This document shows, in pieces, positions 40,893 through 52,623 of a DNA stretch of 64,000 bases. Each line of letters starts with the position of its first letter. Position 1 is the first letter of the stretch. The notes under the pieces were generated by a model. It was not told the DNA's origin. It was given only the letters and a program-made list of their open reading frames with translations, and ran no database searches. The stretch lies in NCBI GenBank assembly GCA_001179505.1, contig CDMY01000258.1:62001-126000 (forward strand), read 5' to 3'. Origin of the DNA: Vitrella brassicaformis CCMP3155. Taxonomy: Eukaryota > Protista > Chromerida. The position numbers and the translations under genes were made by a program.

Positions 40893-43800
40893 ACACCCCG
40901 AGCCCCCTTCTCACCCCCCTCACCCCTCTCACCCCCCACAGCCACCACCACGGCCACACCCTGCCATGGCGTTCCCCCCACCCCCACCCCTTCCGTATTT
41001 CTTGCCGCCCTGCTTCATGCCACAGGGCATGTATCTGCCGCCGCATCACCTGATGATGCTGCCGCCGCCGGTGCCAATAGCAGCAGCAGCCAGCTCAAGG
41101 GCCGCGGGTGCGCATCCGATGCCCACGTCAGCCGAGGAGGTGATGCGGGCGCACGAGAGCCACATGAGCATTGGGAGGGAGGTCGGGCCGCCCAAGGCGT
41201 CGAGTGGTGTGGGGCCACGGCCGCCGACGATCGTCTTACCGAGGAGCCGCGGGAAGAGGACACCCCCCGCATCCGCCACGGGTGGCACGCAGATCGCCGA
41301 CGACAAGAACAATCAGCATGGCAAGCAATGGGAAGCGATCAAAAAGCAGTCCACTCCACTCATCTCTCGTGTGTCATGGTTTGCCATCAGGTTCGTTCGC
41401 TGCAGCAGCAGCAGCAGCAGCTGCGTCTAGCGGTGGTCCAGCCCCATCCCTCCCCCTCCCCCACCCCTCTCACCTTTATCCCATTCCCACCAGTGGCGCC
41501 ACTTCAGCGCATGTGTGTGCCATGCTGAGCCAGCCCTCGCACCTCACCGTCCTGTCATCCGCCGACAGACACACACCTGCCCCGCGAGGCAGCACCAACG
41601 GGGCAGCTCAGCTGATGGAGAGCCGCGTTGGGAACGCAGAGAGTCGTGGCGGACATGCGGGGGGGTCCTCAGCCTCCGCTAACGTTGCCATGCAGCAGCA
41701 CGACTCCCCTGCGCGGCGCCGGGGAGTAGCCGGAGGGCATGATCCCGTTGTTGTTGTCGAAGGCGGTGTCCACATGGGCCGTTTCGGGACTCCAGTGCCC
41801 TCATCGCAGCTGCATAACCATCATGACGTAAGGAGGGAGGGAGGGGGGAGGCATTAGTGGATGGGCTCATGCACACGCCCATCGGTGTTGCTTTCTTCCC
41901 TCCCTCAGGTAGACGCGCCGATGTCTCTCTTAGCGCCCTCAAGGATTCCCGTGTTGCCGCCCTCAAAAGATCCGGTTGAGGTGGGCGTCGTCCCCGGCAA
42001 CGACGCCAACTGCACAACGTCACCCGCACACCCCGAGCCCCCTTCTCACCCCCCACAGCCGCCACAGCCACACCCAGCCATGGCGTTCTCCCCACCACAA
42101 CATCATCCCTTCTTCTTCCCGCCCTTATTCATGCCGCCACAGGGCATGTATCTGCCGCCGCATCACCTGATGATGCAACCGCCGCCGGTGCCAATGGCAG
42201 CAGCAGCCAGCTCGATGGGCGCGGGTGGGCATCCGATGCCCACGTCAGCCGAGGAGGTGATGCGGGCGCACGAGAGCCACATGAGCATTGGGAGGGAGGT
42301 CGGGCCGCCCAAGGCGTCAGGTGGTGTGGGGCCACGGCCGCCCACCATCGTCTCACCGAGGAGCCGCGGGAAGAGGACACCGCCCGCATCCGCCACGGGT
42401 GGCACGCAGATCGCCGACGACAAGAACAATCAGCGTGGTAAGCAATGGGAAGCGATCGAAAAGCAGTCCACTCCACTCATCTCTCGTGTGTCATAGTGTG
42501 CCCTCAGGTTCGTTCTCTGCAGCTGCGTCTAGCGGTGGTCCAGCCCCATCCCTCCCCCTCCCCCACCCCTCTCACCTTTATCCCATTCCCACCAGTGGCG
42601 CCACTTCAGCGCATGTGTGTGCCATGCTGAGCCAGCCCTCGCACCTCCCCGTCCTGTCATCCGCCGACAGACACACACCTGACCCGCGAGGCAGCACCAA
42701 CGGGGCAGCTCAGCTGATGGAGAGCCGCGTTGGGAACGCAGAGAGTCGTGGCGGACATGCGGGGGGGTCCTCAGCCTCCGCTAACGTTGCCATGCAGCAN
42801 NNNNNNNNNNNNNNNNNNNNNNNNNNNNNNNNNNNNNNNNNNNNNNNNNNNNNNNNNNNNNNNNNNNNNNNNNNNNNNNNNNNNNNNNNNNNNNNNNNNN
42901 NNNNNNNNNNNNNNNNNNNNNNNNNNNNNNNNNNNNNNNNNNNNNNNNNNNNNNNNNNNNNNNNNNNNNNNNNNNNNNNNNNNNNNNNNNNNNNNNNNNN
43001 NNNNNNNNNNNNNNNNNNNNNNNNNNNNNNNNNNNNNNNNNNNNNNNNNNNNNNNNNNNNNNNNNNNNNNNNNNNNNNNNNNNNNNNNNNNNNNNNNNNC
43101 CGCTAACGTTGCCATGCAGCAGCACGACTCCCCTGCGCGGCGCCGGGGAGTAGCCGGAGGGCATGACCCCGTTGTTGTTGTCGAAGGCGGTGTCCACATG
43201 GGCCGTTTGGGGACTCCAGTGCCCTCATCGCAGCTGCATAACCATCATGACGTACGGAGGGAGGGAGGGGGGAGGCATTAGTGGATGGGCTCATGCACAC
43301 GCGCATCGGTGTTGCTTCTTCCCTCCCTCAGGTAGACGCGCGGATGTCTCTCTCAGCGGCCTCAAGGATTCCCGTGTTGCCGCCCTCAAAAGATCCGGTT
43401 GAGGTGGGCGTCGTCCCCGGCAACGACGCCAACTGCACAACGTCACCCGCACACCCCTCTCACCCCTCTCACTCCCCACGGCCACACCCAGCCATGGCGT
43501 TCCCCCCACCCCCACCCCATCCATACTTCGTCCCGCCCTTCGTCATGCCACAGGGCATGTATCTGCCGCCGCATCACCTGATGATGCAACCGCCGCCGGT
43601 GCCAATAGCAGCAGCAGCCAGCTCGATGGGCGCGGGTGGGCATCCGATGCCCACGTCAGCCGAGGAGGTGATGCGGGCGCACGAGGGCCACATGAGCATT
43701 GGGAGGGAGGTCGGGCCGCCCAAGGCGTCAAGTGGTTTGGGCCCACGGTTGCCGACGATCGTCTCACCGAGGAGCCGCGGGAAGAGGACACCGCCCCCAT

Positions 43801-44015
43801 CGGCCACGGGTGGCACGCAGATCGCCGACGACAAGAACAATCAGCATGGTAAGCAATGGGAAGCGATCGAAAAGCAGTCAACTCCACTCATCTCTCGTGT
43901 GTCATGGTTTGCCCTCAGGTTCGTTCGCTGCAGCAGCAGCTGCTGCGTCTAGCGGTGGTCCAGCCCCACCACTCCCCCTCCCCCACCCCTCTCACCTTCA
44001 TCCCATTCCCACCAG
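40893..44015 (+). repeat. Tandem array of a ~1.1-kb unit (about 2.7 visible copies), each with two exons and two introns
   Basis: The ATG of PAMAF recurs at 40966, 42080 and 43494. Translations are near-identical (QGMYLPPHHLMM, PTSAEEVMRAHESHMSIGREVGPPKAS, TQIADDKNNQ). Confidence 0.95.
42800..43099. other. Assembly gap (300 N) inside the tandem array
   Basis: Seen directly. The 22-mer CCGCTAACGTTGCCATGCAGCA ends the left flank and begins the right flank. Confidence 0.99.
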
Positions 44016-46313
44016 TGGCTCCCCAATGGTCAGCCCGGCCCTCCCCCACCTGCTGCACCCACAGCAGCCCGCCACGTCAACCTGCCAAGACACCACCACA
44101 GCCATGGCCATGGCCCTGCTGCATCACCGATGGGCACAGCAGAACAACGCCTTCCTGCGTGATAAGTTCGCTCACCCCGAAGAGATCCTCCGCTTCTCCG
44201 CCGACCAGAACGCCTTCGTTCTGACCCTCGACGGCCTCCCGGCGGCCGACGGCCAGCTGTCCTTCACCACGGCTCCGGAGGGTGACGGCGCCGTGACGGA
44301 GGGCAGCCTGACTGCCGCCCTCAACAAGGCCCTCATGTTAGCAGAGGAGCACCTGCGTCAGGGGGAGGATGACAAGGGGGTCAGCAGGCGGCCTGCCGAG
44401 GAGGGCGAAACAAGACGAAACGGCAGCGAAGCCGATGAGACCCAGCAGCACAGCAGGAGGAGGAGCAGCCCGTTGCGCCGCCCGCCCCGATTGCTGATGC
44501 ACCGGCACCACCGACCCTGGAGATGCCCCCAGACCCGGCCGGTGCTACCACGACTCAACGAAGGTGCGTGTGAACACCAACCCAGTCACGTGTTGTCTCA
44601 TATGTGTGTGTGCGTCATGCAATGTAGGTCTCAAGACGCCGCTGAGGAGGTCCCTGTCAGCCTCGTCACTGAGTCCGCCCCCGCCGCTGCATCAGCCACC
44701 GACGCTGAGGCCGCCCCCGCGCCGCTCATTGCCGAACAGCACGTGCCACAGAGCCAGCCCTCTCCGTCTGCCGTGCGGACCTACAACAAGAAGCGCATCG
44801 ACATCAGCGAGCACCACCTGACCGGGGAGTACTTCTTTAACTCCCGAACAATGTCGCTCAGGGCAACCCTCGCTGGCGAAGAGTGCATCGTCAAGGTGCG
44901 GACCCCCAACAGCCTGCTGCAGGTCATGGGCGCCGACATGAGCGACAAGCTCGGCAGAAGGTACGCCAACGTCGTCTCCTTCAGGGGGGTGGAGGACGAG
45001 GCACAGCTGCTGCATAGGCTGGAGGGACAGCTGGAGGCGCCAAAGCTGCTGTCGAGGGGCTTCGTCAGTGCGGCCGCTCCGTTCAAGGTCCGCCTGAAGC
45101 TGCCCGACTTGACGAGCTACACGTCGATGGCCGAGGGAGAGGAAACGTTTGAGTTTCGGCTGACCGGCCCCTTCTATGCCGTTGAGCTCCTCAGTAAGCA
45201 CAACACAAAAAGGGGGGTGTGGCTGGGTCGAAATGAGGTGCTAATGCTTTGTCTGACGGTGCAGAGTTTGGTGGTTGTGACGCCCCGAACATGACGCAGC
45301 TCACCCTCCTTCGAGCGGCCATCAATCTCGCCAACAAGCAGCAGCTGGACCCCGCAGCCGCTCTCGGAGCCTTCCAGCGCTCCTACGGCAAGCCCATACC
45401 AACCGCACTCTTCGACGCCGTCGCCGCCACAGCCCCTGAAGCGCTGCACCGATGCCTCCTGCGCGCCCTTGAGGTCATGCATGGCTTTTCGAAGCCAAAG
45501 AAGGCCCACGAGATGCCCGAGGCCGCCTCCGAGGATGACGGCTTCCCGCCCACCAAACCTTACTCGCCCCTACTCGGCCAGCTGCCGATGCAGACCAACG
45601 ACGAGGAGACCATCCCTGCCACCCATCTGCCGGCAGTGTGGACGAGGGATGGCGGAGAGGTGCTGCTCATCCACGGAGGATCACGGCGGCAACCTGATGG
45701 CGACGACTGGCGGCAAACACGGCATCGATGTCGTCCACATCGATCACGAGTTCGTGAGGGAGATGCGGCGCAATCAGGCGGTCGACGCGGCCAATCCCGG
45801 CCTGTTCATGGCCATCCCTCCCACCTTCGTGCCGTTGTCCTGCACGCTGAAGGAAGCCGCCCGCGAGGACATCGCTCCCGACAGCCCCTACACCGACGTC
45901 TACGGCACGGCAATGACGGTGGCCATGTGCGCCCTCGCCGGCCATCCCTCATGGTGCGAGAGCTTCAAGGGATGGTCCCATCCATGGCATGCGGCCGAGC
46001 CCACCACCCTCCACAGCCGCATCACAGCCGTGCGGGAGCAGCAGAAGGCTGAGGCGCGAGGCACCGATGCGGCGGCCATGTCGCGGGTCCGCACCCAGGG
46101 GCTCCAGGAGCTGGAGAGGGTGCATCAGCACCTCATACGCGACATCGAGGCCACTGCGGCGCAGGAGAGCACCAGAGGAGGGAGGCTGGACCTCGACATC
46201 GCCCTTGCCTGCCTGCGTTTCATTCCGCCCCTTGGCGAGCGACCAGGTGACATCAGCCTCCAGCCCCTTATCGAGGAAGTGAACCATCTGATCGCATCGG
46301 CTTACGGCCACTG

Positions 46314-47920
46314 ATGGGCGGGGGATGGCTTATCGCAAGGAGGGCAGCACTCGAAGTGGAGAGGGGCCACTATTCGATGATTGAGTTTGGACGATCGACA
46401 GGTGTCTCAAATGGCGGCAGGTTCGGCAGGCAGGCCGGTCCAGGCGAGCAATGGATGGTGAAGCAGTCGGATGGCGGTGGAGGCCAGAGGAAGCAGCAAG
46501 GCGCTGCGGCATCATCATCTGGTGGGGGCAAGTCGTCAGGTGTGGGCAAGACCGACAAGGGGCCCGGGAACCACGAGAGCATCATGAAGCCCAGGACCAC
46601 CGACGGCGTCAGTCAGGAAGACCTCGACAAGTGGGCCAAGGCGGGCCTGTGTCTGCGGTGCGGCAAGGACCACGAGTACTACCGCTGCTGCAAGTGGCGG
46701 GCGGAGCTCATCGCACAGGGCTGGAAGATCCCAGCCGGGCAACCTGCCGACAAGGGCGGTGGGGGCAGAGGGGTGGGGGCAACAATCATGCGGCCAGGCT
46801 GGCCCTCTCTGAGGAGCCGGACCCGGCTGCAGCACTCGAGCACTCACTCACACCACTCCATCCGTCTGGTCCGCCCCCCCGCATCACCCCAGACGACTCT
46901 GCATTCTTCACCCGGACTGAGCTGACGGTCGGCCCCGACTCAACTTTGACGAGGACCGTCTGCAGCTGCCCGATGTGTGTGAGGGAAAGAGCGTCGCACT
47001 GCTGCTGGACGGGGGCAGTCAGGCCGCCGTCATGGACGGCGGCGCATCGCTGCACATCCAGGGCTCGGAACGGCCCACGCCGGGGCTGAGCATCAAGACG
47101 GCCAAGGAAGGCCAGGACCTCCACATGGAGTGCAGGGGCGACGCTCTCATTGTCATCAAGGACAAGAATGGCGTCGAGTTGCCGATGAAGCTGAGTCATG
47201 TGTACGTCGCCCCCGACTGCGCAGCCATCCTCATCAGCGAGCGCCAACTGCACACAAGGGGTGGGGGTGTTCACAAGGTCGCTGGAGAGGCCAACTCTAC
47301 TGGTATGTGGTGAACATCGACGGCATACGACAGACGCGTGTCGTCCCCCTGACGTGTGTGGCGGGCGGCTACCGCCTGATGATGCGGCCGTGGACAGAGG
47401 CCGATGACAAGAGGGCTGAGGAGATGGCGGCGAGCGTCACTGTGGGCGACGCCATGGTGACGTCATGAGATGTGCTGCTGACTGGTGGGGGCCACACACA
47501 CGAGGAAGTGTGTTCGAGCGACTCGAGCGGTGATGAGAGTGACGGTGACGGTGGGCAGCACACGGACGAGTGCGAGACCGACGGGTGCGCGGCTGACGGA
47601 GACAGGCAACTGCCAGACATGCTCATGACTGGCAAGGAGCGCCAGAACCTACTCAACGCCATGGACCTACACACCAGTGCGGGCCACAAGGGCTTCTCAG
47701 AGCTGCCGGAGCTGTCGAGGGTCCTCCGCGGCTGCCCACCCATCCATCACCAACATCCCGGTGAAGCCTGCCTGCCCACCTTGCAACCAGGGCAAGGCCA
47801 AGAGGGCGCCCATCCGTCATCCCACCGGCCACCGCAAGGACGCCAGACGACCAGCACAGAAGTGGCACGTCGATTGGGCACATATGCGCGGGCAGATCGG
47901 TCCTCTGGGGAGGACCTGCA
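46314..47920 (+). mobile_element. Decayed, truncated Ty1/copia-type retrotransposon fragment (gag zinc knuckle, aspartic protease, gag-pre-integrase and start of integrase); no RT, RNase H or LTR seen
   Basis: CLRCGKDHEYYRC knuckle (46648-46688). LLLDGGSQ protease (D at 47008), followed by KLSHVYVAPDCAAILISERQL, the copia 'nVlyvP.l..nLiSv.qL' motif. LHTSAGH...CPPCNQGKAKRAP...KWHVDW. Several frameshifts and an in-frame TGA at 47466-47468. Confidence 0.8.
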
Positions 47921-49990
47921 GCTGGCGGTGCGGGCACCTACAAGGCTGACGGGTCTTCACGCCGCTCAAGATGGAGGGGTCCCTCTTGGTGGCCAGCTCA
48001 AGAGCTCCCTGAGCATCACAGCCAACAATCCCCTGGGAGCCGACGTCGACATCGGCGTGTCCGAGCTGCTACGGTCCCTCTTCCAAGCCCAAGGTGAAGA
48101 GAGAGAGGCCGGATGCGTCAATGTCTCACCTGACCATTCATATGACCTAACCACTCATTTGGCGTCTCTCTCTGTGTGCGTGTGTGTCCTGTCAGGTAAC
48201 GCGGGCGTCGTAATGGTCGCTTTGGCCGGCCTCTTGATGCTGCCCAACTCAGTCCAACTAAGGTGAGCCCAACAGACAAGGGGGACGGACCAATGAACGA
48301 GGCCGGCCATGTGGTATCTTCCTCCCTCCCTCCCTCCCTCTCTCTCTGAATGTGTGCATGCAGCCTCACTCCGTCTCTCCCTCGACATGTCAAGCCGAGG
48401 TCGCCACCGATAACCTGCTGGCGACTCCTTCGATGCTACAGCGGATGGATGGATGGACCATTTCCTTTTTTTTCCACCTGTTCGGTTTGTGTGCGGCGGG
48501 GCGTTTGTTTGGTCTGATCGGTCATTTGCTTTGTCGGTCGAGTGTGTGTGGCGCATGGTGCCGTCAGTGTGGCCTCGTGTGTTGCTGTGTCCATTTCGTC
48601 TGGCCGGCTGTCTTTCTGTCTGGCTGGCTGTCTGGTGTGCGTCGAATGTCTGCCGCCATTGCCACGCGTGTGCCATCCGGACACACCGACCACTGCGGCA
48701 AGAGTTGACTTCTTCTTAGAGAACGTCTGTCTGTCGTGTCGCCTCTCTGTCTGTCTGGCAGTCTCTCTGTCTGGCTGTCTGGCTGTCTGTCTGCCTTTCT
48801 GCCGCGGCTGCATTGAATTATGTGGTGTGCTGTGATGTGATGTGATGTGGCGCGGCTGCACTACACACTGACCGACTGACTCATACGTGGACGATGTGCT
48901 GCCTGCAATGTGCTGCATTGATGCCATGCCGTCCGCTTACTGACTGACTGGCTCATACTGAGAAAGGCGGAATCGACGCCCACCTGGCCTCACGCACACA
49001 TCAGCTCACCACGGGCAGTACGGTACTTGATAGAGCCAGTTGGGGTCACGCGTGTGCGATAAGCGAACGATGCCCAGGCGCAGGCAGGCATACCGTCGTT
49101 TCTGTCCTCCCACGCATGACATGACGCTGCTGCTGCTGCTGCTGCTGCTGACGCATTTGAGGGTTCCCCTTGCACTTTGCGCTAGATTTGTCTGTGCTCT
49201 TCTGAGAGACGGCACATCCATCCATCCAGTGTGACGCAGCTGGCGTGAAGGGTGGGTGGATGCGTGGTACGTTGACTGACGACCATGGACCGCTGCTGCA
49301 GTCATGATGTGGTGGCTGCATGATGAACCTACTGTGTGTTGATGTGTCGCTTGCTCGGCTGGTTTGTCCTTTTAGCGAGAGACTCGAGCTCTTCTTACTC
49401 GTTTTATTCGTTTTGGATGAGTGAATGGGAAATACGGACCGCTGGTTGATTTGATACCCAACCCACGCACACGACTTATCGTTTTGGAGTCCTGGCAAGC
49501 CGACCCATTCTTCCCTCCCTCTTGTTTCCCCCGCTGTGACCACACACTCGTACACCCGGACCTTTAAACACCACACCACACAAACGCATCCACACCGCAT
49601 CCACTCATCCAGCCATGCAGCCAGGCCAACGAGTGAACCCGTTTCTGTCTCCCTGTGTCCCTTACTGGTAGCGATAGATCCCTCCCTCCCTCTCCACTCA
49701 CTTAGTCAAACCTGCCTGTCTGTCTATTTGCCTGCCAGCACACAGCCGACAAACATCTCTCCCCCCGTCCCTCTCGCAGTCCCTCTCGCAGGCAGTGAAA
49801 AAAGAACCGCGCAAGCGAAATACAGCAGCCCCCTTCCGATCCACCAATCCCTCACAGACAGCATCCATCGAGGCGACAAAGACGTGTGTACACAGACGGC
49901 GAAAGCAAAGTGACTGAGTGTGTGTGGGTCTCAACAAACTGCGGTTCTGTATGCGTGTGTGTACGTGTGCATGTTATCCATAATGTACGT

Positions 49991-52589
49991 CTACGGTGGT
50001 CCCTCCATGACAACATCGTCTGCGGCAGAACCAGCACCACCACCACTGCCACTGCCACCATCAGCAGCAACAGTAGCGGCAGCGGCAGCAGCAGCAGCAG
50101 CAGCCTGTGACGGCAACTCCTCACCTGAAAGACACACAACACAACACAACACATGTACCTCTGCCCGCACCTTTCCACCAGTGCCTCCCTCTCTCTTTCC
50201 GCCCGCCCGGGATACTTACCACCCCCAGAAGCAGCAGCAGTATCCTTGTGCTGCGTGTGTGTGTCCTCCTTGACCCCGTTTGCCTCCGATGGCCCGCTGC
50301 ACTGGTCGGTCGACACCTCACCAAACGGCACAGACGCACCGGGGGCGGAGATGGGGGCAGGTACGGCACCCCCAACACTCGCAGCACCAGGCTGATCACC
50401 ATCACGCATATCATCACCGGCGGCTGCAGGGCCAGCAGCAGGGCTGTGGTCTGGCTGCTCGGCCTGCATCCCTACCGCCACTCCCGCCGCCATTGCCTCG
50501 GCGAATGGGGGCGGCTCGGCGAGCGGCTCGCTGCCGCCCTCCGTGCCCCTTAATCCCATCCCCGCCAACGCTCTTATCTCGTCTCTGTAGCTGGTGGCCG
50601 CCGTGATGGCCTCCTGCACGTGGATGTAGGTGTCTCCCATGACCTCGAAGCGCCGCTCGTCACTGTCGCCCACTGCCTTGACGGCAATGACCACCTTGCG
50701 CGAGAGGGAGAGCTTGCAGATCTTCATGCCGAGGTCCCGCCCCTGCTCGCGCTTGAGCATGTCCTTCATGGCGCTCCGGGTGCAGCTCAGCAGGTGCTCG
50801 TAAGCCAGGGGCTCATGGGGAGTCAGGTGCCATGCGATGGGCGGCTGGGGGGCCCGGCCGGCTTGCGATGGACTGGCCGTCTCCAAAACAGCAGCGGCAG
50901 GGGAGCCCTCCACTCCTTCCATGCCCTCGTTCTCGCCCTCCATGCCCTCGCCAGCAGCAGGGGACCGCTGCATGTCCATCGCTATGGCGCCTTCAGGCTG
51001 CTGCTCGTCGCCCTCCAGCACAGTGGGAAGAGAAGTGCCGCGACCCCTCTTGCGCCCCCGCCCAGCCGACACGCCACCCCTACCTCTACCCCGCCCCCTG
51101 CCACGCGACGAACGGCCCCGCCCTCTGGAAGGTGACTTCTCGAACACCACACCGGCACCCTCGCCCCCGTCCGAAGGTGACGGGTGCTTACGTGGCCTGC
51201 CGGGCTTGCGCTTGACGGCGGGGATGAGTGGGAGGGGCAGCAGGGGCTGCTCGGTGTGTGCTGCGGCAGCAGCCGTGGGTGAGAGGTCCTCGTCTTGATC
51301 TTGGTCAGGGTGTGGCGGGAGCATGGGCTGGTCTTCGCTCTGCTGGGTGATGGAGGACGACTCGCGGGACACCCGACGCATCTTGGGTTTCCGTGGCGGT
51401 GCCAGGGGCACAGGGCCGCCCTCGTCTCCCTCGAGCTCACCACCCTCGCCCTCATCCTGATCCTCGGCCTCGTCCGGCATTGCCAGCGCCCGCTTGGATG
51501 GCTCCATCTGCGCCTCGTCATCGGCGGCAGCCCCCTCCTTCTTGAGGCGTCTCTTCGGCTGCCGGCTGCTGCCGAGCCGCAGGCGTCTGCCGTCGTCCAC
51601 AGGGGCCCGTGGTGCGACGCCGTTTTTGGCCAGGAGGGCGTGGCGGACGTTCATGGCCTCCTGGATGATCTGCTGGGCGGTCTTGCCCGGCACCACGTGG
51701 ACCGTCTGTGTGTCCCGCTCGCCCTTTTTGCCGCCACTGGCCTCGTCGACGCGCTTCGGCACCGCCACACGGATGCTGGCGCGCTCGCCGTCCCGCACCT
51801 CCCGCCGCATGAGGGTCATGTAGAGGCTGCCCGAGAAGGTCACCCTCAGGCGCTTGATCTCGTTGTCCACCTGTTGGATGAGGCTGAGGGACGATGGCGG
51901 CGAGCTGCCCCCTGCGCCCGCCGGCTCGCTCCACCGCCGCTTGTCGCGCCGCAGCAGCATGCTGTCGGACTGCTCCTCCGTGACGGCGCGGCGCACTCTC
52001 TTGGCCGCCGACGATTGTGTTGGTGGCTTCTTGGTGTCATTGTTCTCCTTCTTTATGTGTGGCATGGCGATGGGCTTGTCATCGTCGCTGCTGGACTCGT
52101 CAGGCGACTCGTCTACAGGTATGCCGGGGACGATGCCCACCTCACACGCGAGGGCGTCGCGGGACTGACAGGCCTTCTTGAGTGCGTCGAGGAGCGCGTG
52201 TGCGTTGCGGTTGAAGGGCTTGAGGACGTCCTGACGCGACATGCCGTTGTGGCTCACCTTGACAACGTAACCGGACTCCTTGCGCGACCAGCTGATGTAC
52301 CGGTGACCCAATGCTGCACAAAGTCAGACCAATGTGTGTGTGTGTGTGTGTGCCCCTTGTGTGTCCATTGTGTGTCGTCTGCGGTGTGCTGTGCTGTGTA
52401 CCTTTTGTGTATGCGTTGGCCCAGGTAGGTGCTTTGTCCGCTAGCTTGAGCAGCAGCTTAGTGGCGAAGTCCTGCTGCTCCTTCTTGGTCAACACGCCCT
52501 CGTGCGCATGACGAAGGAAACGATTCTGAACCACTGAATGACATTACACACGACCACACACACGTGATGACGCATGCGCATCGAGTGAA

Positions 52590-52623
<34 letters not shown>

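Larger units (their letters stand above)
40597..46314 (+). pseudogene. Chimeric spliced gene or pseudogene: amplified Pro-rich two-exon units, a conserved ~90-aa module and a protein-kinase-like (APH/RIO-style) domain, with at least two frameshifts
   Basis: The spliced frame is open across the array. Kinase-like motifs: CIVKV (44884), EDEAQLLHRL, APKLLSRG, LLIHG-[frameshift ~45678]-DHGGNLM and VVHIDHEF (45730). A second frameshift is implied near 44442 by the phase of intron 44564-44627. Intron 45194-45264 is phase-compatible. Confidence 0.55.

Noticed and set aside
40893-44015. CRISPR-like or satellite interpretation of the tandem array
   Set aside because: The units are ~1.1 kb, coding and intron-containing, with no short repeat-spacer structure.
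46780-47760. Programmed ribosomal frameshifting in the copia fragment
   Set aside because: There are at least four frame changes plus an in-frame stop and no RT, which is better explained by decay.
48000-49850. ORFs rich in QQQ/THT/VCV between the copia fragment and the AP2 gene
   Set aside because: They are translations of microsatellites with no coding signal.
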